Shown here piece by piece: positions 11,797 through 24,399 of a stretch of 64,000 nucleotides of DNA. Position 1 is the first letter of the stretch. Each line of letters opens with the position of its first letter. The translations under genes were made by a program, and so were the position numbers. The notes below the pieces were generated by a model. The model saw nothing but the letters and a program-made list of their open reading frames with translations. It made no database searches and had not been told where the DNA came from. Origin of the DNA: Epiperipatus broadwayi (Eukaryota > Animalia > Onychophora); NCBI GenBank assembly GCA_028023455.1, contig JAQFVV010000004.1, positions 16,802,001 to 16,866,000 of the forward strand. Direction: 5' to 3'.

Positions 11797-12870
11797 ATCT
11801 CAATCTGCTCCTCTACCTTTCCCTTTCCACCATTTTAAAAGTATAAGAATACTGTGATTATTTAATAAGATATATTGTTGTATATGAATAAGCAAAATTA
11901 CTGAAGAAGAAGAAGGAAGAAGTATATAGAATTATATAGAATAGTTAATTGGTCATTATATGTAAAACATATACCATTGCCTTCATCCTTAAATAAACTA
12001 ATAGAATATAAGCAATCTGTTGGCAAGGCAACATTACAAGTAGCTAATAAACAAAAACCACTTACTATAAGATCTTAAATTGATTACAAATTAAAGCAAT
12101 GATAGCAGATTGAAATTAAATATGCCTAAAATTTTAAATAAAATGAACAATGGATAAACTATTTGAATACAGATTAATAAATAATCATTTTTACAAGCTT
12201 TCAAAAAATTAGTATTTAATACTTCAGATATAATAAACCAATGTGACAACAGCTATGTATATCACATACCTTTCATATTTAAATAAATCAACAGAATAAA
12301 AGTAATCTGTTGTCAACACAACACTACAATTAATTTGTTTGAAAAGTTATGTAATTACATATTAAGCTATCTTTAAATTGTTCACTTTTGTCTATTGTTC
12401 TGAAGTTTATTTAAAATATCTAGAAAAGTTAATTTCAATAAGTCTCAATTATTGCTTTCATCTATTTAGGATCTCAGAAGAGGATAGTTAGTCATGGTTT
12501 CTATTTACTATCACATTATACTGTTGCCATTATAACAGATTCTTAATATTTTACTGATCTATTTAAGCATGAAGACTATAGTGTGAGATATAATTTCCAT
12601 ATCAATACTATAGACAATTACTGGTATTACATGGTGACTTTTTATATTATTTTATTTTAATATTCATAGTTACATAGTAAATTTTCATGAATTCAATTTG
12701 AATTATTATATAAAAGATAAAACCATAAAAGGTAAAATGGTTTTTAATCCATTTTTAAAAAAAATTCTTCAAAAGTTTTTCATATAGATCAGTGATGGAG
12801 AAGACATTATTTCCTAAACTTGCCAGTTATTGGTTTGAGCAAAATTCTATACCTGTTTCATCCTCTAGCT

Positions 12871-13056
12871 CAGTGGTTCTCAACCTTCCTAATGCCATGA
12901 CTCTTTAATGCAGTTCCTTATGTTGTGGAGATCCCCAACCTTTAATTTACTACTGTTATGAATCAGAAATGTGTTTTCCAATGGTCTTAGGCAACCCCCT
13001 GTGAAAGGGTTATTCGACCCTCAAAGTGGTCATGATCTACAGGTTGAGAACCACTG
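12871..13056 (+). mobile_element. hAT-Charlie non-autonomous element resembling SPIN_NA/URR1
   Basis: TIRs CAGTGGTTCTCAACCT / AGGTTGAGAACCACTG; 8-bp TSD CTCTAGCT (12863-70) / CTCTAGTT (13057-64). Internal sequence closely follows the rodent URR1 consensus as I recall it, with a ~40-bp deletion. Confidence 0.85.
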
Positions 13057-14314
13057 CTCTAGTTTAAGAATAAATAGATATTAATTTATTGAAAGTCCAA
13101 ATCTGATTGGAATCTGGAAAAAAAGTTCAACTTTTATTTATTCTCGATTTGAATTGCAAGTCGTAGATATATTGTGCTTGCATATAGGTTAATAATATTA
13201 AGATTATTTTATAATGTAATGAAATATTTTCACATCTTAGTGATATAAAGAACTCATTATATTTTATTATTTATTCAAAAACAACGTTTTTTTTTATTTA
13301 GAATAAAAATTTACATATATTATAACAAAGTAATAATAACTTCAGGCATTTAAGTTCAAAAACCAAATGCATGCATGTATATATCAATTTGAGACATTTA
13401 GATTTTGTGATATAATAATAGTGATAATACAAAGATACCCACACATATATAAAATATGATATGTTGGACTATTTCCATCATCTATCATTAAATGTTTAAT
13501 GTATAGAAAATTTTAAACTTTATTTAAAATTTTCAAATAACAAATTGTTAGTAATAACACACAAATAGACAGCACAGATTAGTAATTACACAGTGTTTGA
13601 AGTACTATTATTCTCCACTCTCCAGGTGTTACTGTCCTAACCAGGAGTCCTTTTCCTTTCTAGGAAATTTCATGTGAATGTGGAAGGAAGTATATTGATG
13701 AGACCTGATGCCCTGTTTATCAGTGATTGAAAGAACACAAATTAATGTTTAGAAAAAAAAAAACAGATGTGACTACAGTAGCAATCTATGTATATAACAA
13801 TGGATATATGTTCAATTGAAAAAATACAAAAATATTGGATACAAAGGAAAAGATTCAAAGAAAAAAAAATTCAAAGAAGCAAAATCAGGAGGAAAATGGG
13901 CTTTATTAAGTAGTTGGAAAATATAGGAAATGATTGCAAATATGTAAATAGGGATTTTTTAAAAGATATACAATATTTATTTAATTATTATTATTTTTTG
14001 AAAAAAAAAATGTAAAAAAAATATATATTTTTTTATTTATAGGTATTAAAAAAATTTAATTTTAATTTATTTAGTTGAATATTATAAATTGTATATATAT
14101 GTAAGATGTAAAATATTTTTTTATTTTAAGTAATAAATTTTATTAAAACACAACATATTTACATAATTACAAGATAAATTTCTAATTCAAACAAAAAAAG
14201 GAACAGTATTATCCTTCACTTGTCCATTATACACATTGTATCATGTTCATTTAACTTTCCTGTCACCTGTTAATTGTCATTGTTTACGATTTAGATCCTT
14301 TTTCTTTAACAACA

Positions 14315-15110
14315 TTACAATTCTTTCTTATATGTTTTACTCCAGATTTCACATTTGAAAAAAGCAATTCCTCCCCATACTTGTTGGAAGGTTTTTTGGA
14401 GCCAATATTTTAGGCATAAGTTAAAGTAGTTCTCCCAATCTTTATCCATTTTTTTTAACCAATTGAATTTCTTATTATCACATAAAAGTGAACATCTTAT
14501 TGCCCACAATGATTTCAACTTATGGATCTTTACATTCACTTGTGTGAGTTAAAGTTTATAACACATTTTTCATAAGATATTTGAGATTTATTATAGGCCT
14601 GTGAAAGACCTTCATTCTAATTTCTCTAAAGGCATAACAATCTTCAAACAAGTGCATAAAAGTTTCACTGCCCCTATTATACATAATACAGGTTTTATTC
14701 AAACTCAATCCCAGTCTTTTATTAATATAGGTAGTTGTAGGTAGAATTCCATTGATTAACTTAAAAATAAATCTCATTGATGTCTGAGGTGTATATATTG
14801 AGTGAAATTTTTTAAAAAATTTTTCAATGAACAGCTCAAACAATTATTTTCATTTTGGTAATTTGCTTTTTTTAAATCTTTATATCTAATACCATCTAGG
14901 GTGTTTACATCAAGTTTATCTTGCAAGTCTTTATATGTCATCAACAGATCAGTAAGATACAATCTTTTTTCAGCTCCCAATCTATTAATAATAAATATGT
15001 CACCATTTGGGAGATTAAATGACTGATCTTTGGCTACATTCATATATGCTTTAGCAGTAACAAATTGAACATAAACTTTTGGGCCAATTAAATTGAGACC
15101 ATCCTTATTT
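14315..15110 (-). mobile_element. L1/Tx1-like ORF2 3' fragment (zf-RVT region), frameshifted
   Basis: FIFKLINGILPT...KTCIMYNRGSETFMHLFEDC (C-x2-C..ET..HLF..C pattern, one Cys mutated) across three overlapping minus ORFs. Confidence 0.75.
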
Positions 15111-15650
15111 ACTGAAAGCTTTAAAAGCGAGGTAGAGAAGAGACGTTTTCTTTCCCCATATAAATTTTTTTGCCATCTGATTTATTTGATTAAAAATGTG
15201 TTAAATTTATTTATTTATTTATTTGATTATAGTATGTAAGTACATGTTTAAAAAAAGTGCAATTTAATGTAAATAATGTCCAGTAAATAGCTATGTGAAT
15301 TGTATAGCATAAGATCTTGAGAAGGTCTCAATAGAGATGAAAACTGATTCGATAAATAAATTGTTTATTTCAATCTTATTTTTATTGATTAATTATTCAA
15401 AGAAGCTGCTATAGTAAATAATCCTAGAAGCAACACGGTGTGACAATATATAATGTATGGAAGCCTCTAATTAATCTCACTTTTAGAAAAAAGTATTAAA
15501 AAAAAAAAAGAAATCAAGAGGATTTGAATCAATCATCAGAGATAAATATATAAAATTTTTACTAATTGTTGCCTTTAATAGAACAGCTCAGTTCATTAGA
15601 GCGTTGCCTTAAAATTCAATATTCATGAATCTAGAATTGTAAATTCGATG

Positions 15651-15877
15651 CCTATGCTAATATTGTTACTAATCAGGCCAGCAATACCTGAATGAGAGTG
15701 GAGAAAAATACTATTTAAAACCTTGTGTAATTAGTAATCTGTGTTGTCTATTCATGTTATTTAAATTTGACTCCTATGTTAATACTGTTACTAATCAGGC
15801 CAGCAATATCTGAATGAGAATGGAGAATACTACTATTTAAAACCTTGTGTAATTAGTAATCTGTGTTGTCTATTTAT
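15651..15877. repeat. ~122-bp tandem duplication
   Basis: CCTATGYTAATAYTGTTACTAATCAGGCCAGC... at 15651 and 15773, few mismatches. Confidence 0.95.
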
Positions 15878-16038
15878 GTGTTATTATTAACAAGTTATAC
15901 GTATTTGAAAATTTTATATAAAGTTTACAATTTTCTATACCTTGATTGGTGGAAATAGTCCAGCATATTATCACATCTAATATATTTTCTTATTCTTCTC
16001 TTTCACTTTCTTTGCATATCTTTATATATTCATATATA

Positions 16039-16205
16039 TATATTGCTTATAACACTTCTTTTATATACATTTCAATGCAAACAAATTTTCTTAAAAACTT
16101 CTTTATTTTCCTTACAGTTTCAACTGTCCAGCAGTCTTCATCAGAGTTTTTAGAAAAATTTGTTTGCATTGAAGTGTATATGAAAGAAGTGTTATAAGCA
16201 ATATA
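16039..16205. repeat. Fold-back inverted repeat (61-bp arms) enclosing a hammerhead core
   Basis: Arms 16039-16099 / 16145-16205. The 45-nt spacer on the minus strand reads CTGATGA-A-GACTG(CTGGA)CAGTT-GAAAC-TG-TA-AGGAAAATAAAGA. Confidence 0.9.
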
Positions 16206-18966
16206 CACATCTAATATACCATCAAAACAAACTTTCAAACCCATATATATATATGTTCTATTACCAGAAACGATTTTTTAAATATTTTTTAACTAATTAA
16301 ATTTTGTATTTTTGAATATTAATTTAATATATAAATATAAATAATAAATCTAACAGTGATTAACTATTTTACACAATCCACAGAAGTACTTTAATCAATG
16401 TCATATTTATTATTTTTATGTTATTAACGAACACTATTTATATTAATTTTTATATATAGCTATTTAATTTGTAATTTTATATATTTAGAAGAAAGTTTGA
16501 TTTACTTTTCTCCTATAATTTAATTAAAAATTTTGCTAAATTGGTTCCTTTCTTATTTTTGAATAAAATTAATCAAGAGATTAAATTATTATTGCAAACA
16601 GAATAATTAAATAATTAATAAAATAGTATGACAATCTTCAGTTGTTTATATAAATTAATTCAAAAAATAATTTATAAAATAGAAGAATAATAAACAGGCC
16701 AAACTCTATGAAAAGAGAGAGAGACACAAGATAATTCATTGGGAAAAATGTGAAAATCACTCTTGTTGTAAAACAATGCCAGTAATGTTGAAGGTAAGAA
16801 ACCAACTACAGAGTGGCAGAGGAAAATAATTCCATTGAGAAAATATCTTACATGATGGGTAGACAAAATCATCATCTGAATCAGTTTCAGAAAGTCTGCC
16901 TTTCTTGTTATTAGTATGTCCAGAATGCTTTAAAACTACACTAAAGATATTTATAAAAACATACTAAGCTATAAGATAATAACTATATATTGAAAGAAAT
17001 TTAAAAGAACTTAAATATTACTTCAAAGTTTTCTTGAAAATCGAAAATATTTCTGTTGGAAAATTTTTATAAGATGTAACTACAAGCTAAGAAAGTAAAT
17101 ATAATTTTAAAAAATGCAGGCCAAAAGGTATTCTAAAATCTAAGAAAGTTTCACCAATTATTTAAAAAATATATAGATTCTAATTATAATTTTGCCATAG
17201 TCACTGTTAAATTTGTTATGATCAGAAGCCTTTATAATACAAATAAAAAAATCCTCCAGATATTATATTTTAATAAGACACAATTAATTTCTAGGTAACC
17301 AATTATAATTTCCTAAATTATTTTAATCTATCCCTATTATTCTAATTATATCCTCTTTTTGTATATACAATTTGTCAAATATTACTTATATTCCTATTTA
17401 GTTATTAATTCTTTAATGTACAATTTTATATTTATCAGATAAAAAGCAAATTCTTATATCCATGTTATTATTTTCTTCTTTAAATCTGTTTTTGTCTATT
17501 TTTTTTTTTCTTTTTTGATCCATACTTTTTATTATTAAATTTATCACTATGATCTAATCAACTGTTATTGCTGAGATAAATAGTGTAAACAATAATACAG
17601 ATATAAAGGGAAAATGAAATCCTAAATAATTGCTTATATTAAGTTACACATTTAAGAATTGAACAGGAAAATTTAATTAATATATACAATTGGGGGAATC
17701 TTATTTTCACTACATAGTTAGAAGTTCCAAAAAAATGCATAAGCATCATCAGTAATTACTTCTCCATTTGCCATTGTTATGCATCTTAATATTTTTGTTA
17801 CATATGATAACCAATATATGGACTCAATAATTCTCTAAGTATACTACATTAAATTATAATTGATCATAGTTAATAATAATATCTGAAGTTGGTGTAAATA
17901 TAGAGAAAAAGATCTTAGGGAAAGATCAAGAATAAATTTAGCTAATAATTATAAGTGGATTCTAGATAAATAAAATAGACACCATTAGGAATATGTTAAG
18001 AGTATTTAAGTGATTTCAGGAGAAAATTCATTCAAATGATTAAAAAATGCAATGTGTAGTTTGCACAATTTAAGTCAAATATAGTTAAAAGTAGAAAGTT
18101 CTGTTGAAAAACAAATTATCACCTGTGTGTGTTCATATAAAATATGAATGACATTTTTAGGAAAATGATGAAAACAGAGTACTAAAGAATTAAAAATGAT
18201 CAAGAAAGTGGATGACAGGAAATAAAAATACTATGGAAAAAAGAGATATGGTGGGTGGGTGGGGTGGATGAATTAAAATGATGTAAAGAAAGATAAATCA
18301 TATTAGAAAATAAGATAAAAAATTAAATTAAATTCTGAGAAAGAATGGATGAAAAATATGACAAAGCTGAAAAGGAATCAAGTAATCTAAACTTGATGTG
18401 TACAATGTAGAAAAAGAGAAAGTGATACGGATGAACCTAAAATTGATTTAGTAACTTCCTTGAATATAAAAATAAGTCTATTTTAAATTACACAAGTGAT
18501 ATTGAAAATGATTTTCAAAACTCATTGTCTAAAAACTTCCAATACATTTTATTAATTTGTAATTACATGTTAGACTACTTCCATTATCTAGTTAAATTGT
18601 TAAATGTTTTTATATATATTTAAACATTCTTTATACCTTTCAAAATACCATTTGGATCTACTATTAATAATATACAAATTAGTGTGAAATAACTAATAAT
18701 TGAATATTTCTAAAAATATTTAACAATTCAATTAGATGATGCAAGTAATTCAATATATAATTACAGCTAAAAGACAATCACAACAAACCTTCAGACAACC
18801 ATTTTATCAATGTTTACATCTGTTAATAATATGAAATATATTGAGAAATATAAAATAAATGTAAAATGCACAAAAAATGCAAACACTTATGTGATGTCAC
18901 AAATAAATTAAACATTGATATAAATGACATAAATAAAAATAATTTGATAGAAAACCATGAAAGAGC

Positions 18967-19028
18967 TTAAAATAAGAGTAAAAATGGTGATGATTTAAAA
19001 TAAGAGTAAAAATGGTGATGAGTTAAAA
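18967..19028. repeat. 28-bp tandem duplication
   Basis: TTAAAATAAGAGTAAAAATGGTGATGA twice. Confidence 0.9.
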
Positions 19029-19749
19029 GTGGATGTAGAAAATTTCAAAAGAAATGAGAATTATTAAGTTGGAAAAAAAAGTAATTATGGATCTAAACTT
19101 AATAGAGAAATAACAAAGAAATCAACTTTGAAATGTCAAAAAAGTAGAGGAGAAATGTGCAAATATTATTTCAATCTAATATAAAGATGATAGTTTTATC
19201 ACAGAGTTTAAACTAATAGAACTTTAATGTAATCTTTGAAGAAAAGGTATTTTTTTATCAACAGCATTGAAAATTTGAAGATAGTTAATTGAAAGAAAGT
19301 TACATTTGTCAAATACTTGTAAAACATTAAATGAAAAAATATTTTAAAAACTAATCCACGACATCAAAAATATCAAAGTTAAAATTCAAAAGAAGGCATA
19401 ATTTATGTTTATTTGATGATATTAAATCTTTGATACTTTGTCTGATGATAATTTAATCTTTGATAAACAAATATCTAGATGTCAAACCACAATATGATTA
19501 CAACATTCATAACACTCAATGTTGCATCTCATAGGGGAAAAGCAGTCTAATTGGGTTCAAAGAATGTTTTTAAAAAACAAAAAACAATTGTCACAAAATA
19601 AAAAACATTTTCTAGAATCTAGATCAATGGAAATCTTGTATAAATGTGTTTAGGAGAAATACCAGGAGTTGATTTAAATAGATAAATAATTTCAGAAAAT
19701 ATTGTTAAATTTGGAGTAATCATATTATTAGCAATCTAGTCCACAATTA

Positions 19750-21300
19750 TAGAAGAAGAAGATGATGATGATGATAATAATAGGTAGGAGGAGAAAAAGA
19801 AGAAACAGAAGCCACTCATAAATGGGTATGGCCATTCTAACTCCAAGAGAGGGAAAAAAGGAGTGAGAAAGAAAGTGATCTAGAAATGAATGTTTGTGAT
19901 GACTATACAAACCAATCTGTGGAATGCAAATATATCTGCATATAAAGCATGCTAGCTCATTTTTCTGTTTACTTGATATTTTATAATGTTGTCCTTTATT
20001 TTTTTTTTAGCAGAAAACTTTTATTTACGAGATACTTCACATCATGTCTAATTGTAACTCTCTGATATTTTCTGTTTTCTGCTACATCACTCCAATGGAA
20101 ACAATTGACATTGTATTTCTTAAGAATGTCTTTGAGGTAATCCTTATAATCTAAATAGCGTCTAGCTCTCCCATGAATACTGTGCCCAAGTTCACTATAA
20201 AATATCTTTTTAGGAAGTTTACACTATTCATTCATTTTACATGTCCACTCCAATGAAGATATGATTTTACAATAGTGGACTTAATAGTATCACATCCAGG
20301 AAGTTGAAAATACATTGGTTGGTTTTATGATCTTGCCATTATATTTTTAAAACTTCATGGAGTATTCTAAAATGAAACTTTTCTAATGCCTTTATACTGC
20401 ATCGATAGAATGAATAGCCTATTATCACTTCTATACAATAAATTAGGTAAAATAACAGTTCTATATACAGCTAATTTAGTAGCAGCAATTATTTTCCTGT
20501 GATAAAACGTCCTATCATTTAATTTATTAAAATCAGCAGCATCATATTGGAGTCTATGTTTTACCTTAACATCTAAGCCCACCAAAATATTTAAACTGAT
20601 TTATATACTCAAGTTGATAACACTCCAAGTTACAAGTTGTTGAGAATTCTTTTTCTAACATTGACTGATAGAAAACTCAAGTTTTTTTAACATTAATTAA
20701 TAAACTAGTCTTTATATGCCACATTAAATACATTTTGTAAACTATTTTTTGAACTGGAAAAATTAGCATAATCATCAGTATATTGTAAATCCAGAATCAA
20801 ACAAGATAAAGTTCTTGTTTGTGTTTTTAATAAATTCAAATTAAAAATTTCATCATCAAACCCATATATTATAATACCAATTCTGTTGTGTTTTCTGTTG
20901 GAAAATGTTTTTAAGCTAATAAATGAGTTATAGCTAATGTTACACCAAAACGTTTAAGCAACTATATATTTTTAATACCATAATTATAACAATTATAATT
21001 ATTTACCAACCATTATGGTTTTCTAGATTACAAATGCATTGTTACTATCAGTAATAACCAATAGGTTGGAGGAATGCCATAAGTTATTCTAATAAACCCA
21101 ATAATTCCAACCATGTTAATTTACCTCAAGAAAAGTTCAATATTATTAACTTTTAGCAACTTCTTGATCTGAATTTGAGTTTACCTGAGTACATTCTGCA
21201 AATAGTGGAGGGTATGCATTACTGTCAAGAGTAATTACAGGTAGATGACTACCGTTCTGAATATAACTAATAATATTTATCTTTCTCTCAAGTGGACATT
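19750..21300 (-). mobile_element. Second, old RTE-clade LINE (RT and C-terminal part)
   Basis: LDLQYTDD (RT motif C), KLAVYRTVILPNLLY, LHWSGHV, KLPKKIFYSELG; (ATC)/(TTC) microsatellite at the 3' end near 19750-19780. Confidence 0.8.
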
Positions 21301-21596
21301 AGTTTTAATAACCTGTTGTGAACAATCATACTTATTAATTGGCATGTTGGTGCCATTCATCATTTGTTTACCTTACTGTTATTTCATTGATCACATGGAT
21401 TGTAAACTTAAATCTAATTTAAAGAGCTCTACAGTTCAAACAAATCTATTACTGAGAGCAAGCTTAAAATATGTCCATGATAATAATAGTATTAATAATA
21501 ATACATCTTGCCACTAGAGAGCGATATATAGTCTTCTTTCATTTGTTGTGGAAATGGGATGGAGCAGAATATGGGAAAACTTAGACTGGGTAATGG

Positions 21597-21687
21597 AAAA
21601 TAAAGTGGCTAACAGGTTTCTCTGGGTATAATTGTTGAGAGATTCTTGACTCCATTTAAGGAGAAGCTACAGTACATCACATCACAT
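21597..21687. repeat. ~90-bp dispersed repeat, copy 1
   Basis: AAAATAAAGTGGCT(T)AACAGGTTTCTCTG...CATCACATCACAT; second copy at 40212-40303. Confidence 0.85.
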
Positions 21688-21799
21688 GCTGAATAGTGAA
21701 TCATCTAAATTGAAGTTATGTTATTTTAGAATTTTACTCCATGTAGATTTGCTTTCATAAAGATTGATCAAGAAAGAGAAAACATTATTTCAGGCTTTG

Positions 21800-22360
21800 T
21801 AAAAAACACTTAATTATAACTTTATGATTTCCAGAGAACCTGTGCTATTTTTTCAGCTAGTGCTTTAAAAGAATGCCCTGTAACAATTTATAGGAATAGC
21901 TTTGAGTTTAAAGTTAAAACACAATGATATAATTCTAGCACAAATACCATCACAGATTTATAATCAGGAGCAATGTTACTTTTAATGATTCAAGATTTAA
22001 AGCCTCAATATTTCCATTATAAATAGCATGAAAATGCCATTAACAATTGCCCCAAATCTTCGTGTTTACAATGTAATACGATAGCTACTGCAATGCATCA
22101 ATGTCCTAGATTGATCAAACACACACAAAAGGACATGGATATTTTGAATTTACAAAGGAAAAATAAAGTAATTAAAACTAAAGAAAGTGATATAAATAAT
22201 ACGAACGTTTTGTTTAAGAGCATTAAACATGGAGAAATTAGAAATTGTGAGTTCACATATATTTCTAAAATTTTGGATGATAAAATGAAAAACAATACTT
22301 TAATTGTGTTACCGATACCAATTAACAAAACAGTGGGTCATATAATAGATTATAATTAAA
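21800..22360 (+). mobile_element. Non-LTR-like C-terminal remnant (Cys/His knuckle) upstream of HHR repeats
   Basis: One frame with stops: TITDL*SGAMLLL...NNCPKSSCLQCNTIATAMHQCPRL continuing into ORF 22093-22359; clade uncertain (a PLE zinc linker is not excluded). Confidence 0.4.
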
Positions 22361-22716
22361 CATCAGGTTATTCAATGCATCTGAGATAAATAGTGACTCA
22401 GGACATCCTCAGAAAAAAATACAGGAAATAGAAAATCCTGACTTTTACCTGTGAATGAAAAAGATGACCCAATATCTTTAATAAAAAGTAAAAAAGTAAA
22501 AATAATTTCTCACAATACAGAAACGGAACTAGAATATTATACAGAAGAAGAAAATCTCTAGTTTCGAAAATGATTAGTAATAATCATTAGTGTATTTATC
22601 TGAAATGGATGGCGCTAAAGTTGTGAGTGGAGGGAGTTTGACAATGGTAAATGAAAATGTAACAATTTACTCTAGATAAATACTTTGCATATAATAAATA
22701 TATATATGAGAGATAG

Positions 22717-22771
22717 TGACCTGGGCCAATTGATGAGTGCTGTTTCAGCACGAAATGCATCTTGAGGGTCA
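22717..22771 (+). ncRNA. Type I hammerhead ribozyme motif (family 3, copy 1; C3U)
   Basis: UGACC.UGGG.CCAA-UUGAUGA-GUGCUG(UUU)CAGCAC-GAAA-UGCA-UC-UUGA.GGGUCA. Confidence 0.8.
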
Positions 22772-23125
22772 TTTGTCTTTTATTGTATCTTTATTTATAT
22801 GAATTTGAAAAGAATTGGGGAAATGTGGAGATGTTTATTATATCTATAAATATATTACATACGGGACAGAGAAAGGTGAATTACTCCGTGTGTGTAAATT
22901 CTAAAAAATCAGATATATTAATCTTTAGCTGAGGTTTAAAGTTTATATCTGTACTAGAGATAATCTCTAGGTTCGAAAATGGTTAGTAATAATCATTAGT
23001 GCATTTATCTGACATGGATGGCGTCAAAGTTGTGAGTGGAGGGAGTTTGACAATGGTAAATGAAAATGTAACAATTTACTCTAGATAAATACTTTGCATA
23101 TAATAAAGATGAATATGAGAGATTG

Positions 23126-23180
23126 TGATCTGGGCCAACTGATGAGTGCTGGTTCAGTACGAAATGTATATTGGGGGTCA
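23126..23180 (+). ncRNA. Type I hammerhead ribozyme motif (family 3, copy 2; intact core)
   Basis: UGAUC.UGGG.CCAA-CUGAUGA-GUGCUG(GUU)CAGUAC-GAAA-UGUA-UA-UUGG.GGGUCA. Confidence 0.85.
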
Positions 23181-24399
23181 TTTGTCTTTTATTGTATCTT
23201 TATTTATATGTATTTGAAAAGAATTGGGGAAGGGTGGTGCTTGTTATACCTATAAAGAAGAAAATATCTTAGATGAGCTGGGTGTATCATGCAATTTGAA
23301 TGTCTCAAATGAGGTCTCTATTAGATCACTGGGGATTTTTCAGTACCAGAATGAGACCATGACTTGCAAAAAAATAATACTTTTTACATTATTAATTAAT
23401 ATTTGCATGTATAATATTATATCCTAGTTATCGTTGTATGTGTTTTTTTTTCTTTAATTGTTAACTAAATAGGTTTTCGATAATGATTACTGAAATAAAA
23501 AATGTATTCTTTATATATATATAATTAATGATAATATTAATTTAATTTTATTAAAGTTGATTCTGAAAATAAATATTGGAGCTTTTAATATTAGGGGGAC
23601 GAATTCAATAAAGAAAGTTTCACAGCTGACTAAGTGGTGTGATATTGTTCAAGTGCACATTTTGGTCTCATTAGAGATTAAGATTTATAATAGTTCTCAA
23701 ATTGACTGACTTTCTTAGTAACAAAGATTTCTCCATTTTTTCTAAAACCTGCTCTGTATTGTCAGGAAGAAAGGGTTCTTCAATTACAAACACATGCAAA
23801 TTTAAATCATTTAACATTCTGTATATAGATTCACATATAATAATAATGTTTCATCACAATGCCATCACCTTAAACATAATTTTTGTATACATTACTATCA
23901 GGTTATGTTATTTTAAAGAGATTAATTTAAAAAATAAACACAATTCTTGCAGCCACTCCATTCCCTGTCCTACTATTTGGGTATTTCAATATCTCATGAC
24001 ATTTTTTTTAAACAAAAGATACCATAGACAGAGTTTTCCTTAATAAGTGGAGAGGGCTATTTACATAACTCAGTTTCATTCAATAATATGTCACTAATAG
24101 AGCTAATGTTTCATTCACTAATGCTACATTGTAATATTAGTATTAATTAAAAAAATTCCAAGATCTCAGATCATCTACCTTTAATTGTTACATTAGACAT
24201 ATATGCAATGTATAAGACTCTGATTCACACAAACAAAATAATAAGAGTGCTCTTGCCAAGTTGCACTACTGAATTATTATATTCTAACATTCACATAATC
24301 CTATACAAGATTAGAAACCTTAAATTACATCCTGCACAGGCCTAACTATCATTTGTAAATATTGTCTCACATACAATAGACCGTGTTTCTTGTAATAAA

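Larger units (their letters stand above)
22553..23253 (+). repeat. Two ~300-bp direct repeats, period 409 bp, each with a hammerhead (family 3)
   Basis: Units 22553-~22850 and 22962-~23253 separated by a ~110-bp unique spacer. Confidence 0.95.

Noticed and set aside
13690-13735. TTGATGAG...GAAAG hammerhead-like string
   Set aside because: U3 without A8, no convincing stems I/III
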